A stretch of 64,000 nt of DNA from Takakia lepidozioides (Eukaryota > Plantae > Bryophyta). The translations under genes were made by a program, and so were the position numbers. The stretch spans positions 75,516,001-75,580,000 of the forward strand of contig CM060733.1 of the NCBI GenBank assembly GCA_030704615.1, in the 5' to 3' direction. Under the pieces are notes generated by a model that saw nothing but the letters and a program-made list of their open reading frames with translations, made no database searches and was not told where the DNA came from. This document shows, in pieces, positions 50,863 to 63,769 of the stretch (positions are counted from its first letter, which is position 1; each line of letters opens with the position of its first letter).

Positions 50863-51249
50863 CAGCCATGTGCAATGGGTTGCATTGTTCCGAAACAACA
50901 CAATTGCGGCCTGTCTTAATGAGCACAACTTGGTTGTCTAACCGTTTTAACTAACAATCCTGGCACTTGTCAGTGCGAACGTTCATGTCTGCACCGCGAA
51001 TACTGGTTGATCCACCCTCAGGAGAAACTGTTAGGAGATGTTATTCCGTCGCCGAATCGGCCATCATTGTCATACTTACTGGATATGGAATCACACCTCC
51101 CACCTTCATGCATCTAGCTTGAAACAATACTTTCCACTTCAATGTGCGACTTCCAATCGTCGATGGACTCCGCAGATCCACTTACGTGGTGCCTGTGAGC
51201 CTTGGTCTGTCGCTATACTGAACCTCGCACTTGCCAACTTCGTGCGGTC

Positions 51250-54200
51250 TTTGATGGCTCCGAATTCCTACGCTATAGTTTGCTGTCCTCCGCAACTTGG
51301 GAGAGCCTGGATCCCAAACAAGGGAGGACTTTGCAAAGTGACTGAAACTTACATTTGTTCCAAATTCAAGCTCAAACCGGGCACAGTTTGTTTGGAAGAA
51401 GAAATGAAAGATGTTCGTGGACAGGTTGACGAGACCATTGTCGTGCTAGATAACGACGGAGGTTGCGGAATCAAATGGCACGTACCCCCATCAGACACCA
51501 TCCTGTACCGCGTTGTGGGAATGCCCATTCCATTTCCGAATCAGTTGCTGCCCACACCATCCACAAAGGAGTCGGGAAACTGACAGGCGGCCACTGCCAA
51601 CAGAGAGGTATGCAACGATAATCATTCCCGACCTGGACCGTCAAGACCCTCCATAGCTTCTCGTGTGGACGTATTTGACATTTCCGACGAGGAAGATGAG
51701 TGCATTGAGGTCCCCATATCCTCCACACGGTCGTTCAAATCCGACATGGACGTCTCTGCAGGTGCTACGCATGTACCCTCGAGCATAACTCCAACCCGGT
51801 CCATTGTGCAGCTCCTACGGCAACATCACCTCGATGGTTCTCGCTCCGAGCTGGCTGCTCTTGACTATGCCAAATTTCCAGTCAGGAAGGTAACGTATCT
51901 GCCTCCCAAAGTCGATGGCAATGTCATCTTTGAGTTTCCACCTGTTACTTTGTCAAACAAAGCCTCATGGATGTTAACAGACATGGATCGAAAGCATGAC
52001 GGACACCCCTGGTGTGTGACGAAGACCAGTAGCATGAAAATTGCCGATGGTGTTCGTGTACGATACGCCCTCTGTGCGGGGAAGCTGAGGTGCCTCAATC
52101 CCGCTTGCTTCCACTTTCTCTCCAAAGGAGGGCGGAGAAACGAGACGGATTGGACTGGCACAACGCATCATCCATTCATTGTCTCCAGCCAAGCTCATGC
52201 GGGTACTTTCAAGTGCGCACATTGCAAAGAACCACCGACGTGCATGTCCATGTGCAAAGCCAAGCAATATTACGTAATCCATTTGCTCCCGGACTTGACT
52301 AGAGCTTGCATACACGTTGGGGTCCACTGCCACCCCTTGGCGAGAGGCAACATGCGTGAGGCTGTGCAGGAAGCACACGACATCATAAAAGAGGAGGTGA
52401 AATTGAGCCCCGGAGCCAGACCAAAGCAGATTCAGCTGAAGGCAGCCCACAAGATTGCTCTTGGCAAAATCATGTCTGAAGAAGGTTCAGACCGAGTGCC
52501 CTTGAACGAAGAGGAGATGCTTGACCTGTTGGAGTCCGTCTTGCACGTTTGTAGTCCGAATGTGCGGAATCACATCGTATCTTGCAACCAGGAGTTCGGC
52601 CGGGGGTCGGATATGCACTCAATCCTGGAGGTGAAACAAATGACTGGATATGACTACATCCAAGGTAGCAGGTTTCCACGGCAAGGCAGCGAATCCGATC
52701 ATTGTTACATTTTTAAAATGTCGACGTGTGGGCCTGGGAGTGGAGTCGACTTGGTCACTTGTCATGACAACTAGAAACTTATCGAATGCTTGGGTGATGT
52801 TTGATCACATCAAGCGAATTACAAACCATAAGTGGGTGACTATGGGTGCGCATGTTTATGACTATCACTCCAAGAGGCTCATGACGATTGCAATTTGCAA
52901 GATGAAAGGGGAGGACACACAGTCGGAGATGCATATGTGGGAGGGCATAAACGAGCAAATGGCAAGGGCGGGATTGGCAAAGCCCAATTTCAGGGGATTC
53001 ATGGCAGACAACGCTCAGGCCAACTGGGCAGCGGTGCGGCGTGTGTACGGTGAGGACCCCAATGTTCCAATGGAGGGGAAAGAGAGATCCTATGGATTCC
53101 ATTGGATGCAGAGTCTATCTCACTACACTACCAAATTTGTTGCTAGCTCATTCCAGGCTGAACACCGTGTCCTTTGTACGGCGTGGAAGGATGCACCCAC
53201 ATTTGATGACGCGGAGGTTAAGTTTGCTATCATCGAGGCTTGGTGGAACACATCAGGTGCAGTGGAGACAACCAATCTGGGAGCCTTGCACAGCTGGTTG
53301 GGGTGGTGGCATTTCCGGTATCGACAGTTCGGACAGTACATGCGGGAAGTACGATGCTGTCATTTTTGTGCAATTGTCTTTCTATTACAGACCTTTCCAT
53401 TAGTCCCTCACCATTGTTTGTGTCCTTGTAGGAGCGGTGCTTGGATTCTGACACGGACATGCCGAACACGAATATGGCAGAATGAGTGCACTCCTCCTGG
53501 CGAGCGTCTTCTGCCGCACATCTGGTGGACGTAGTGACGGCCACAACGGAGGACATCGAAAGAGCAATCATGCAGCAAGCCACGTACTACAAGTTCCTGA
53601 GCTGGAAACAATGGGGCTTTGGGCCAGACAGGGAGGAGTTGTTGGTACGAACAGCTTCGAGGTCCAAGAATCCACTGAAATGGGCGACAACATTGCGAGA
53701 GAAGATCAAAGGGACGCCTCTGCACCGCAAAGGTGAACACCTAGAGGGGGACGTCCGTACTCGCCCTGTGAGGCGGAGGATTGAAGAGGAACCCGGGTGC
53801 GAAGAGGATTCCTAGAGATCCGACAGGAACATTTGGACAGCACCTCGAGGTCCCGTCATGTTACCGCACAATGTGTCTTCCAGCAGTGGAAGCCCAAGAA
53901 ATTCCAGATCGCCATCGCCTTCAAGCGGGGATTCCGTGCGAGAAATTCCCACCGCTCGCTTGCTCTAGATTCCGCTCGCTGTTATGCAGTATGGCCAAGC
54001 CATTGTGGAGACGACTGTGTCTGCGTCACAGTGGAGAATTTCTCGCACAAAGCCGTCGTTTCGAGGCAGGTGTTCCGCAATTCGAGTGGATACACGGCAA
54101 CATTGTTTAAAGATGATCAGGAGGAATCCAGATGGGGCTGTCCCTGCTCCTACCTTTACAGGAAGATTTGTCCATGCAAAGTTTGCGGAGGCGACAACCA

Positions 54201-54862
54201 CCCAGTTTTGGTTCTGCAGGCACGACATTATGACTTGCGTGTATGGAAAGCCCAAGTACGGCATACAAACAATGCTAGAGGCTCCCCCGGTGTGGCCGGT
54301 GGAACCAGGCTGCGATCTGAGTCTGGTTGAGTCTGACGCCCTTATCGCCGCAGGATTTCGGATGGTGCAGCGCACTGACATCCCCAGACAACCATTTCCA
54401 CTTCCACAACCTCCACCACCGACCCCTGTGAGAGCAAGAACAATGGGACACGACAGCTCTAAGCATCCTACACATCGTTGGGGGAAACCGAAGAGGCGGC
54501 GACCTCCCTCAAAAGTGAATGAGACAATGATGGGGAATGCACTTCGGATGAACTGTACAATCCAGAGCTCGACAGAAGTGCCCCCACCAGGCTTCGGGCG
54601 TGTGTATCAGATGGCCACGGTAGGCTCAGCTATTCGCAATGAGGTGTACACCATCACCATTTCAGAATTACCCACCTGCAATTGCACCGACTTCCAGATC
54701 ATGGCGAACAAGGGGGCATCATACTGCCCTTGCAAGCATCTGTACTACGTGTACCTAAAGAGACTCTGGTGTAATTCCACAACTCATCACTTCATACATG
54801 CACCAGGGTTGAGCCCCCAAGAGGTGCACACTCTTCTGAATATAGATCCAGGGGACCAGTGA
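51250..54862 (+). pseudogene. MULE/Mutator-like transposase with a GCM/WRKY-like Zn domain and C-terminal SWIM finger
   Basis: DGHPW..CAGKLRCLNPAC..CAHC..C.A...HVGVHCHP; DDE core WVMFDHIKR, GFMADNAQANW, xxFHW, NMAE*VHSSW; SWIM CNCTDF..CKHLYYV; frameshift near 52770 and stops. Confidence 0.8.
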
Positions 54863-55109
54863 GCTTGGCTTGCGGTCCCAACACAATGGTACGCCCATTC
54901 TTTTCGGATAGTAGAACTGTACTGCTGCAAGTAGCTCTGACTCTGGCCACAGAAAGGTCCGACTTATGTCTTGCCTACCAGTAACCTGTTTTGCTCGAAC
55001 TAAGATAATACTATATCATTCACTTGTGTTTCCACGTGCATGTATTTTTGTGTGTTGGAGGGTTCCTGTTTTTCTGCTCTCCCTAACTTTGCTTTCCTCA
55101 TTCGACCCC

Positions 55110-55716
55110 CGGCAAGGAAATGCGGCGCCGCATTTCCAAGTAACGTCGTAGGTACTGGTAGATGCGGCCTTCGCCAACACCAAACCGCCCAGAAATTTTG
55201 CACGTGCGAACCCTAATGCGGCACCGCATTTCCCAGTTGAGTCGCAAACCTTTCCCGCCGAAGACCCGAAGATGACAGAATTGTGAAGTACTGTAGACTC
55301 TATTGGTGCAGACTCTATTAGTTCAATCGCGGCAAAAGGGTCAGCTTCATTCCAATGTTAAGGCATGGAAAACCGCGGAATACTCTATACAGGCCAGTAT
55401 GCGACGTCCTTTTGCCGTGGTATACTAGATTTCTCGTTGCACGGTCACTCATTTCCATGAGCAGATCTAAAAAACCATGAGCGGACTTGTTACTGACGAC
55501 ATATCTTCGCCGCATTACAAGATTTGGAACTTCCAAAAACGGTAAGGTCAAATTAAAAAACTATTATTTTAATACTTGTTTAATCTGCCGCATTTCCAAA
55601 TTTGGAGGAGTCCGCTCATGAAATCCGCGTGTCTTAGACTTCGGCTCACCGCTCATGCGGCTCATGCGGCTCTTGGCTCATGGCTCATGGTTTTTGCTCA
55701 TGAAATAGTAAACCTC
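55110..55716. mobile_element. long terminal sequence (TIR) of the Mutator-like element, copy B
   Basis: Homologous to 16075-17215; ends GCTCATGAAATAGTAAACCTC. Confidence 0.8.
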
Positions 55717-56268
55717 CTGCCAATGTGACAACAGGAAAGTATCCAAAAACAAGTACAAGAGATGAGGAGAAGGTGTGGAATGAATACTTTTCTGACCCCA
55801 GTCAATGGTGGGACAACTGAGGCAAAAAGGTGAATGCCTGTCAGATTACCAGATGTCATTCTGAACACAGCCCTGGTGGAAATGTATGCCAAATATGGGT
55901 GCATCGAGGATGCCAAAGGAGTATTCAACACTATGGCTAAACGAGATGTGGTGTCGTGGAGTGCGATGCTTGCAAGGTATGCACAGGAGGGGCGTGGGAT
56001 GGAGGCTTTGGAGACCTATGAGCAAATGCCGCATAACATGACAATTTAAAATCTGCTTTCAGACTTGGGAAAAATTGCGGATTTGCAAAGAAAGGGAGGA
56101 ACCGTGGCGACCTTGGGCTCGACCACAACATTTGTGTGCGTTTACAGTGCGTGTGGGAGCCTGGCAGCCCTGGAAAAGACATCATCAAATCTGCAATTGT
56201 ACCAAATGTCATCCTGAACATGACTGCTCTGGTGGACACATGTATGCCAAATGTGGGAGCATTGAGGA

Positions 56269-57703
56269 TGTAATATAAAACTAGAATCAATCCTAAAAGA
56301 GGATGAATTAGTTCTAAAGTTCGTTCACTGGGGAAAGCACTATACGGTTGTAAAATAATGATGCTAGGCTATTCTATCTCTCTCTCTCTCTCTTCTTTGG
56401 ATCAACTTTTAGTACCAGTCATCTTCATCTAACACGATCATCATTCTTCCATATTCATAAATATTCTCTCCATCTTCTATTAACTCTGCACCATCGGCTG
56501 AAATTATATGCCATTGCTCAACTATATTCTTCCTCCAATAATCTCTCTGATACAAGTCAACAGCTCTCGATACCATTCTTTATTGACTAACTATAGGTTA
56601 ATTATCTCCCCGTCACTACATTGTAATCTTTTAAAGATATCTAGAGACAAACTATTAGGCAATCCAGTAATTAATTCTACAGGTTATGCTATCTGTTCTC
56701 CTTCACACATCGCTACCAATTCTGTTTCTCCAGTCGCTCCAGGGATTTTCCTCACCAAAATTATGATTCCATTCTCTCATAAGTTCAGGATAGCCTTTAA
56801 ATGGTCGATACCACTTCTGCGACCAACTATGCTTCCAATAACAACTCCGGTATAGGATGGATATCTCTCTATACCATCCCTTATTGACTAATTGCAATAA
56901 GAATACTTCTTTATCAGTACAACAAAGCTTCTGAAAGATTGTTATCGATAAATGATTTGGTAATCCAATGATTAACTCTGACACTTCCTTTATTCCCTCA
57001 TCATTGCTTTCTGCCATGCAAATGATTTTAATTCACTGTTGCACTCCTATCATTAACACAATTGGAAACTCTCTCTCTATCTTCGTTTCCTTAATCTGCT
57101 CCTTCTTGAGCTTTGGATATCCACCTATCGATATTTCTTTTGGTAGATCAGAAACTAATTCTCACACCGAATTCTTATCTGTCTTCTTTGTGCGCATTCT
57201 CACCATCTCATATAATTATGGTTCGTCAGTTTCGACACATAGAATCACATTCTCATTTCATCACTCCATTCTCCACACATACACAAGGGAATTGCACTTC
57301 TTTTTCTTCTTCTATTCATTCATGAATCACAACACTGCAAAAACGCAGTACTAAACCTACCATTGCATAATAGCTCTATAATCTATCTCCTACTCACTCT
57401 ACTCTCCCTACTCCGGTCACGGCTCTCTGGCTCAACTGACTCTTTCTGCTTCTCATAAACGCATTATATAGCAGAGCGCTTCAATAACTGTAATAACCGC
57501 TCAAACTCCTTCATCCATCCTTTACAATTATTCATCCATTTCTTCTATCATTCAGTCCAAGATAAACTATCGGCTGTATACAAGATATCGAAGGATATTG
57601 CCCTATCGCAGCAATATCAAAGGTATCGCAAGCTATATCAATGAGAAAGAGATTAAAAAGTTCTGAAAATTGTCATTAAGTCAGAAATTCCTATTATTCT
57701 ACA
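56269..57703. mobile_element. solo LTR (1435 bp) containing an F-box-like ORF
   Basis: TGTAATATAA...TTATTCTACA ends; exact 5-bp TSD GAGGA; the PPR codons IED|AKGVFN rejoin across it. Confidence 0.85.
56703..57017 (-). CDS. F-box-like small ORF inside the LTR
   Basis: ELIIGLPNHLSITIFQKL...LLQLVNKGW matches the LIxGLPxxL...L..VxKxW F-box pattern. Confidence 0.45.
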   Translation of the reverse strand: MAESNDEGIKEVSELIIGLPNHLSITIFQKLCCTDKEVFLLQLVNKGWYREISILYRSCYWKHSWSQKWYRPFKGYPELMREWNHNFGEENPWSDWRNRIGSDV

Positions 57704-58076
57704 GAGGATGCAAAAGGAGTGTTCAACACTATGGCTGAACGAGATTGTGCGTTTGCAGTGCGTGTGCAAGTCTGTCAGCCCTGCAAAAGGGCAAAGAGGT
57801 GCATGGTTGCATCACCAAAGCTGAAATTGTACCAGATGTGATTTTGAACAATACCCTCGTGGGCATGTATGCCAAATATATGTGAAAGCATTGAGGATGC
57901 GGAGGGAGTGTTCAACACTATGGTTGAACGAGATGTGGTGTCGTGGAGCGCGATGCTTGCAGGATGTGCATAGCAGTGGTGCGGGATGGAGCCTTTGGAG
58001 ACCTATCATGACCAAATGATGGGGGAAGGGATGAAGCCCGACCACAACACATTTGTATGCATTTGCAGTGTGTGTG

Positions 58077-58560
58077 CAAGCCTGGCAGCTCTGGAAAAAG
58101 GAAGAGGTCCATGGTTTCATTGTCGAAGCTGGAATTGTACCTGATGTGATTCTGAACAATGCCCTCGTGGACATGTATGCCAAATGTGGGAGCATCAAAG
58201 GCAAGCCTGGCAGCTCTGGAAAAGGGAAGAGGTCCATGGTTTCATTGTCGAAGCTGGAATTGTACCTGATGTGATTATGAACAATGCCCTCGTGGACATG
58301 TATGCCAAATATAGGAGCATCAAGGGCAAGCCTGGCAGCTCTGGAAAAGGGAAGAGGTCCATGGTTTCATTGTCCAAGCTGGAATTGTACCTGATGTGAT
58401 TCTGGACAATGCCCTCGTGGACATGTATGCCAAATGTGGGAGCATCAAGGGCAAGCCTGGCAGCTCTGGAAAAGGGAAGAGGTCCATGGTTGGAATTGTA
58501 CCTGATGTGATTCTGGACAATGCCCTCGTGGACATGTATGCCAAATGTGGGAGCATCAAG
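58077..58560. repeat. ~125-bp tandem repeat x4 of a PPR segment
   Basis: GCAAGCCTGGCAGCTCTGGAAA at ~58077, 58201, 58326 and 58451; the period is not a multiple of 3. Confidence 0.9.
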
Positions 58561-59689
58561 GATGCGAAGGCAGTTTTCCAACACTATGGCGCTTGGAGTG
58601 ATTTTGACGTGTACCAGCGAAGAAGAGAAAGTGGGGCCCTCAGCAGACGAGTTGAAAAGCACTAGTTGAAAAGCACTGGTGTTTGATAGGGTGGGGCAAA
58701 ATTCAGGCTGGGATGATCATTGATATCCCGGAGGCAGTATAAAAAAGACGGTTGTGAGTGAAGTACACCCGTCAAGAAAAAACCCTGCTGTCTCAAAAGG
58801 GAGCCAGTCACAAAGAGCAAGGCACTTTGTCCAAGCTTCTCGACATCTAGCAACAATGTGGATAGGGAGGGAGTCATTGGGAACAATTTTTGTAAGGTGG
58901 CGAAGAAAACCTTGTTTGAGGATCACTGGATATTTCTCTAGTACGGTTGGACTAGTAGAGATTGAAATCCGTGCTCAGCTCAGCTTCAGACTGTCTCATT
59001 GTGAGGGGTGCTAGGGGTGGTCATGGTTGACTGGACAGAAATGGGATTGACATTGCCGGGCTCACATATCTCTGAGACAACATGTGGTAGTTTTATCTAT
59101 AGCTTCTCAAAGCAATTTTTGTACATTGTTGATTATAGTGTGACATTCTCATAACAATATTGTCGTCAGCTGCATGAGCAATGCATCTTTTTGGATTGCT
59201 GGTTCGCGGAGGGACAGAGGGCAAGTTATAGCCAATAGTTGCAGGAAATGTTCAATATTGAAGAGAATTCAATGCCCTTTCGGTTCTGCCGATCTCCTTC
59301 TCATTTTACTTGAGGTTGTCTATTTTGAGAGCTTTGATGGCATCAACTTAAAGGGATGGCCTGCACTGGTGGGCATTCAGATTCTAAATGAGCTGGCAAA
59401 GAAAAACTACAAGTCCCAGAGCCCTCTACATGCAGACCCCGTAACCCTAATAACCTTTTTGAACTTTTTTAATTCCCTAAACAAAACTCTATGTGTTATG
59501 TCGTCCAGGGCATGTTGAATGCAGGTGGAAGTCATTTCATCCATCCATCCATCTTCCACCTGGATGGTCAATGTGCCAAGTCATATCCACCTTGATGGTC
59601 AATGTGCCACATCATATAGTTGCCCCAAATTTTACATGCCATGCAATCATCCATAGGAAACACAAAGAATCTGAATTGCTCATCCCATC

Positions 59690-60555
59690 AGGCCTGCAGG
59701 TTACTTTGGTTGAACTGATTGGATTCATCGTTGCCGCCGGCACCATTGCCCAAGAGCAAGTTAGGTAATCCTCCATGAATGGTTCCCAGCGCCGTGCCAC
59801 AAGCGCGCACAAGGAGGCCATCCTGCAGGTCAGGGTGAAGCATCTTCAAGACACGGACCTGATGCTTGCATAAGTTTCCCTTCATTGCCCATGGGTACGT
59901 GCAACAACCCCAATCGCAATCAGGATTGTAAACAATGTATGTTGTGCCGGGGTGGTTGCTGCTGAGAACGTAGGCTGGTTCACCAGGACCCAAGGGAAGA
60001 GTAACACTCTCAGCAGGAATGTCTCGTGCCGCAAGTATAGAACTGGATATGTACTTTTCGTGTTTGTCATTTCTTATGAACCCGTGGGTCTTCAAATGGA
60101 TTGCGTACCAGTAGTGTGTTAGCACACGGCCAGTGAGTTCCCATATAAGCCAGTCCACTCTACGACCACTCATCTTGCCTTTCCCCATGACAAGTCTTGC
60201 CTTCAGATTTCCATGGTATGCCTCAATGTTTGCGTTTGTGTCTTGGCTCGCATGAGGGACATGGCGGGCTGCTGTACACCACATTGCTATTTTGGGCTTC
60301 CAGTACAGTTCGATATAGTCAAGAAATTCATGTCCTTTAGGGTATTTTGACCTCATACGACGGATTCTCCTTGCAACCCACCGAAGCGCTCTTTTCTCGT
60401 TGCGTGGTCCCCCTCTACATTACATGAGGTCTCCCATATCCTTCAACAAGTTTACAGCGGTTACCAAATCCTTCGTTTTCTTGCATGATTGCTTCACCCA
60501 TGCCTTGCGGACATGCCAAAGGCAGAGGAAAATGAGTACTCCTTCAAAAACAATT
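59690..60555 (-). pseudogene. MULE/SWIM-family transposase, C-terminal half
   Basis: IVFEGVLIFLCLWHVRKAW (CxxH), QDTNANIEAYHGNLK (catalytic E), RRVDWLIWEL and SWIM-like CTYPWAMKGNLCKH. Confidence 0.82.
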
Positions 60556-60614
60556 CTGCACAACACACATGGTACACATTAGAGTCTTGGGTCGTTGGTG
60601 ATTGTTATGTGCAG

Positions 60615-61078
60615 GATTCCAGGATCCGGGTCGAAACATGTAGGGCCTACACTTCCTGCCAAGAAGAATGTCTCGTTCTTTGCGAGGGCCGACTTCATGA
60701 CGAGCCCGGTGAAGGACTACTCCCTTCCTAGTTATGCAGCTAACCTCGCAAATACAGCGATTAGACGATGTGAGAATCCCAGTAAAGTAGAGCAGATTTT
60801 GGAGAGGGGGAGGACAGAAAGATAAGGAAAGAGTTGGCAACAGCTGAGACAAGTAGACGGGTGCGAAAGTTCATATGTGATTCAGCGGATGAGAGTGATG
60901 CAGACAGCGAAGACAACAACCCAACGGAGGTGAGATGGTCGGTTCCGCAAGGGGAAGATGGGATTTTCAAAAGCCTGGCCAACGAGCAATCCGCTGGAGA
61001 TGAGAAAGGCAATGACGGGGTGGAGGCGGAGCAGGACAGTCAAGGACAGGACGACGATACTGATGATTTTCAAGATTA
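60615..61078 (+). pseudogene. probable terminal exon (acidic tail) of the ParB-methyltransferase gene
   Basis: Acceptor TGTGCAG|G at 60614/5 is phase-compatible with donor GA|GTGAGT at 40658; degenerate D/E-rich coding. Confidence 0.45.
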
Positions 61079-61209
61079 ATAGAATTTTAATGAACTCTCT
61101 GTACATTTAAATTCTCTTCCAGAGTATATAAAGGAAATTCTCCCCGTCCTTCATGTCCCCTCTCCCATGTGCTTCTCAACGACACCATCGTCCAAACCAC
61201 GTCCCTCCC

Positions 61210-62645
61210 AAAATCGGAAATGCGGCACCACATTTTCATGTAGGAACGGAAATGTGGCAACTGCAAAAACCCCATTTGGAAATGCGGCACCACATTTCCA
61301 AAACCGGGGCAAGAACAATTTTCCGTTTCATGGTTTGGACATCAGAAACTGTTCGGCCGAACGGAAATGCGGCACCGCATTTCCGTTTTTGACACGGCAG
61401 TTTTGCCGATTGCCAGCTCTTTCCATGGCGGTAAATGGAAATGCCACCCCGCATGCGGAGGTTGAACACGTTATCTAAATGGCGGACATGGAAATGCGGT
61501 GCCGCATTTCCATTTTCGAGATGGACGTTTTTCCAAATGCAGACCCATCGACGGAAATGCGGCTCCGCATTTCATGATGCTAGACGGGAATGCCGCACCG
61601 CATTCCATTGTCCAATAAGAAATTTCGATGACGTACATGGAAATGCGGCGCCGCATTTCCAGAACGGACATCGTTGTTTGTCCAATTCCAGACCCTTTGA
61701 CGGAAATGTGCACCGCATTCCATCGTGCTGGACGGAAATGCGGCACCGCATTACATTGTCCAATAAGAACTTTCGATTGCCAAACATGGAAATGCGGCGC
61801 CGCATTTCCAAAATAGACATCGTTGTTTGTCCAATTCCAGACCCGTGTGGGCATTCCGTCTTGTTGGACGGAAATGCGGCACCGCATTCCATTGTCCAAT
61901 ACGAAATTTTGATGACGGACATGGAAATGCGGTGCCGCATTTCCAGAACGGACATCGTTGTTTGTCCAATTCCAGACCCTTGGACGGAAATGCGGCACCG
62001 CATTCCATCGTGCTGGACGAAAATGCAACACCGCATTCCATTGTCCAATAAGAACTTTCGATTGCCAAACATGTAAATGTGTCGCCGCATTTCCAAGGCC
62101 CACATCGTTGTTTGTCCAATTCCAGACCCGTGTGGGTATTCCGTCTAGCTGGACGGAAATGCGGCACCGCATTCCATTGTCCAATACGAAATTTTGATGA
62201 CGGACATGGAAATGCGGCACCGCATTCCATTGTCCAATACGAAATTTTGATGACGGACATGGAAATGCGGTGCCGCATTTTCAGAACGGACATCGTTGTT
62301 TGTCCAATTCCAGACCCTTCGACGGAAATGCGGCACCGCATTCCATTGTGCTCTCCGGAAATGCGGTGCCGCATTCCATTGTCCGGTACGAAATTTCGAT
62401 GACGGACATGGAAATGCGGTGCCGCATTTCCAGTATGGACATGGACAAGCATTGGCGATTAGACATGCTTGGACAATTCAAGGTCCAATATGGAAATGTG
62501 GTGCCGCATTTCCAATTCAAAGTATGGTAATGCCATGTCAAGAAATGAAATGCGGTACAACATTTCCGTTACGACCGCAACGGAGGAAAGGGAGCTGCCA
62601 GAAATCGCTGCATGGAGAAAAATGAAATGCGGTGCCGAATTTCCG
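61210..62645. repeat. second palindrome array (~26 copies)
   Basis: Same GAAATGCGGYRCCGCATT motif; spacings mostly 33, 53/54, 63 and 82 bp. Confidence 0.92.
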
Positions 62646-62910
62646 AGCTTCGGCATGTACATGTTTCCTCTTACTCATACATGGATTTCCTTCACCTCAG
62701 GACTCTGATATCGCTAACTCTGGTATATTCATTTGGACAGACACATTGTAGAAATGAGACCACAAATTGTAAACAGTGGGCCAAATACGGCAGTTCTTTG
62801 AACACAATGAAACACAAGCACATAGAAGTGAGGTACAATGGGTTGTTTTATTGATCGAACATGGTGTCTCACATTTAGCAACTCCAGACAAATCTAAGCC
62901 CTTCCTCCTT

Positions 62911-63275
62911 CTAGTTTTCCCCGGTGCCGTCCTCCCTAGTCCACTGGCAGCAGTTCCAGCGCCAAAGCGAGGCCGTGCGTGATCTGTCCGGCATCCCATT
63001 CCACCTTGGTATATCGAGGTCAACAATTTTCAGGACCCACGGACCGCATTGACCCTCGCCCTCACCTCGCTCAAAGCGGTAATAGCCCTCCAAATACTCC
63101 ATTGCGCGCAAAGACTCCCGCTTGATTCCAGAAGCGTCTGTGAAAACAGAGAGCCAGACAATGATGTCTCCTGATTCTGGTTTGAACATAGCATAATCGT
63201 GGCCATGATAAGGGCAGTCAGCAGGATTTTGGCGGCACGACATCCTTGAAAAAGAGTAGCGGAGTACGCTTAATG
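62911..63275 (-). CDS. unknown protein domain, copy 1 (probably element-encoded)
   Basis: Homologous at protein level to 63770-64000(+). Confidence 0.5.
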
Positions 63276-63769
63276 ACAGCAGCTCCCGGATGGAGGAGGT
63301 AGCAGCGCGGTGGCTGGAAGAAGTTCAAGCAAACGCTGCAATTCCTCACAAACACTCCAGGGCACATTTAAATCCCCCCCCTACAGGAACCTGCACGGAT
63401 GAAGATTGGCTACTCCATGAATGTAGCCGTTTCAGTTTCCTTCCGTGCCATGCAAACTATGGGCAGTAAGTGCCAGGTGGGCCTATAGCCACTCGAGACG
63501 ATGAAGACCATCCCCCCCTTCGATGTAAATGCGGTGCCGAATTTCCATCCGGGGGATGGACTTCGGTGGCAGATTTCAAACTATACCCCGTGGATGAGAA
63601 AGAGGTATCGGTTCATCCACCGCTGGCATGATGAACACGTTACACGATGATTGGTGGGCACGTGGGACCCAGATGCTCCATTATTGGAGCCCGCACTGCT
63701 CTTCCGCTTCTTATCATTTTGAAAATCTAAGGGCTTCATTGTTGTCCGCAAGGTCATTGTCATCGGCAT

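Larger units (their letters stand above)
55717..58590 (+). pseudogene. PLS-class PPR pseudogene fragments, split by a solo LTR
   Basis: NTALVEMYAKYGCIEDAKGVFNTMAKRDVVSW; 55718-56030 is an inverted homolog of ~41930-42245. Confidence 0.8.

Noticed and set aside
49661-50941. Many overlapping ORFs (KCGAAFP / EMRRRIS / GNAAPHF), also at 61150-62700
   Set aside because: Artefacts of translating the palindromic repeat in six frames.
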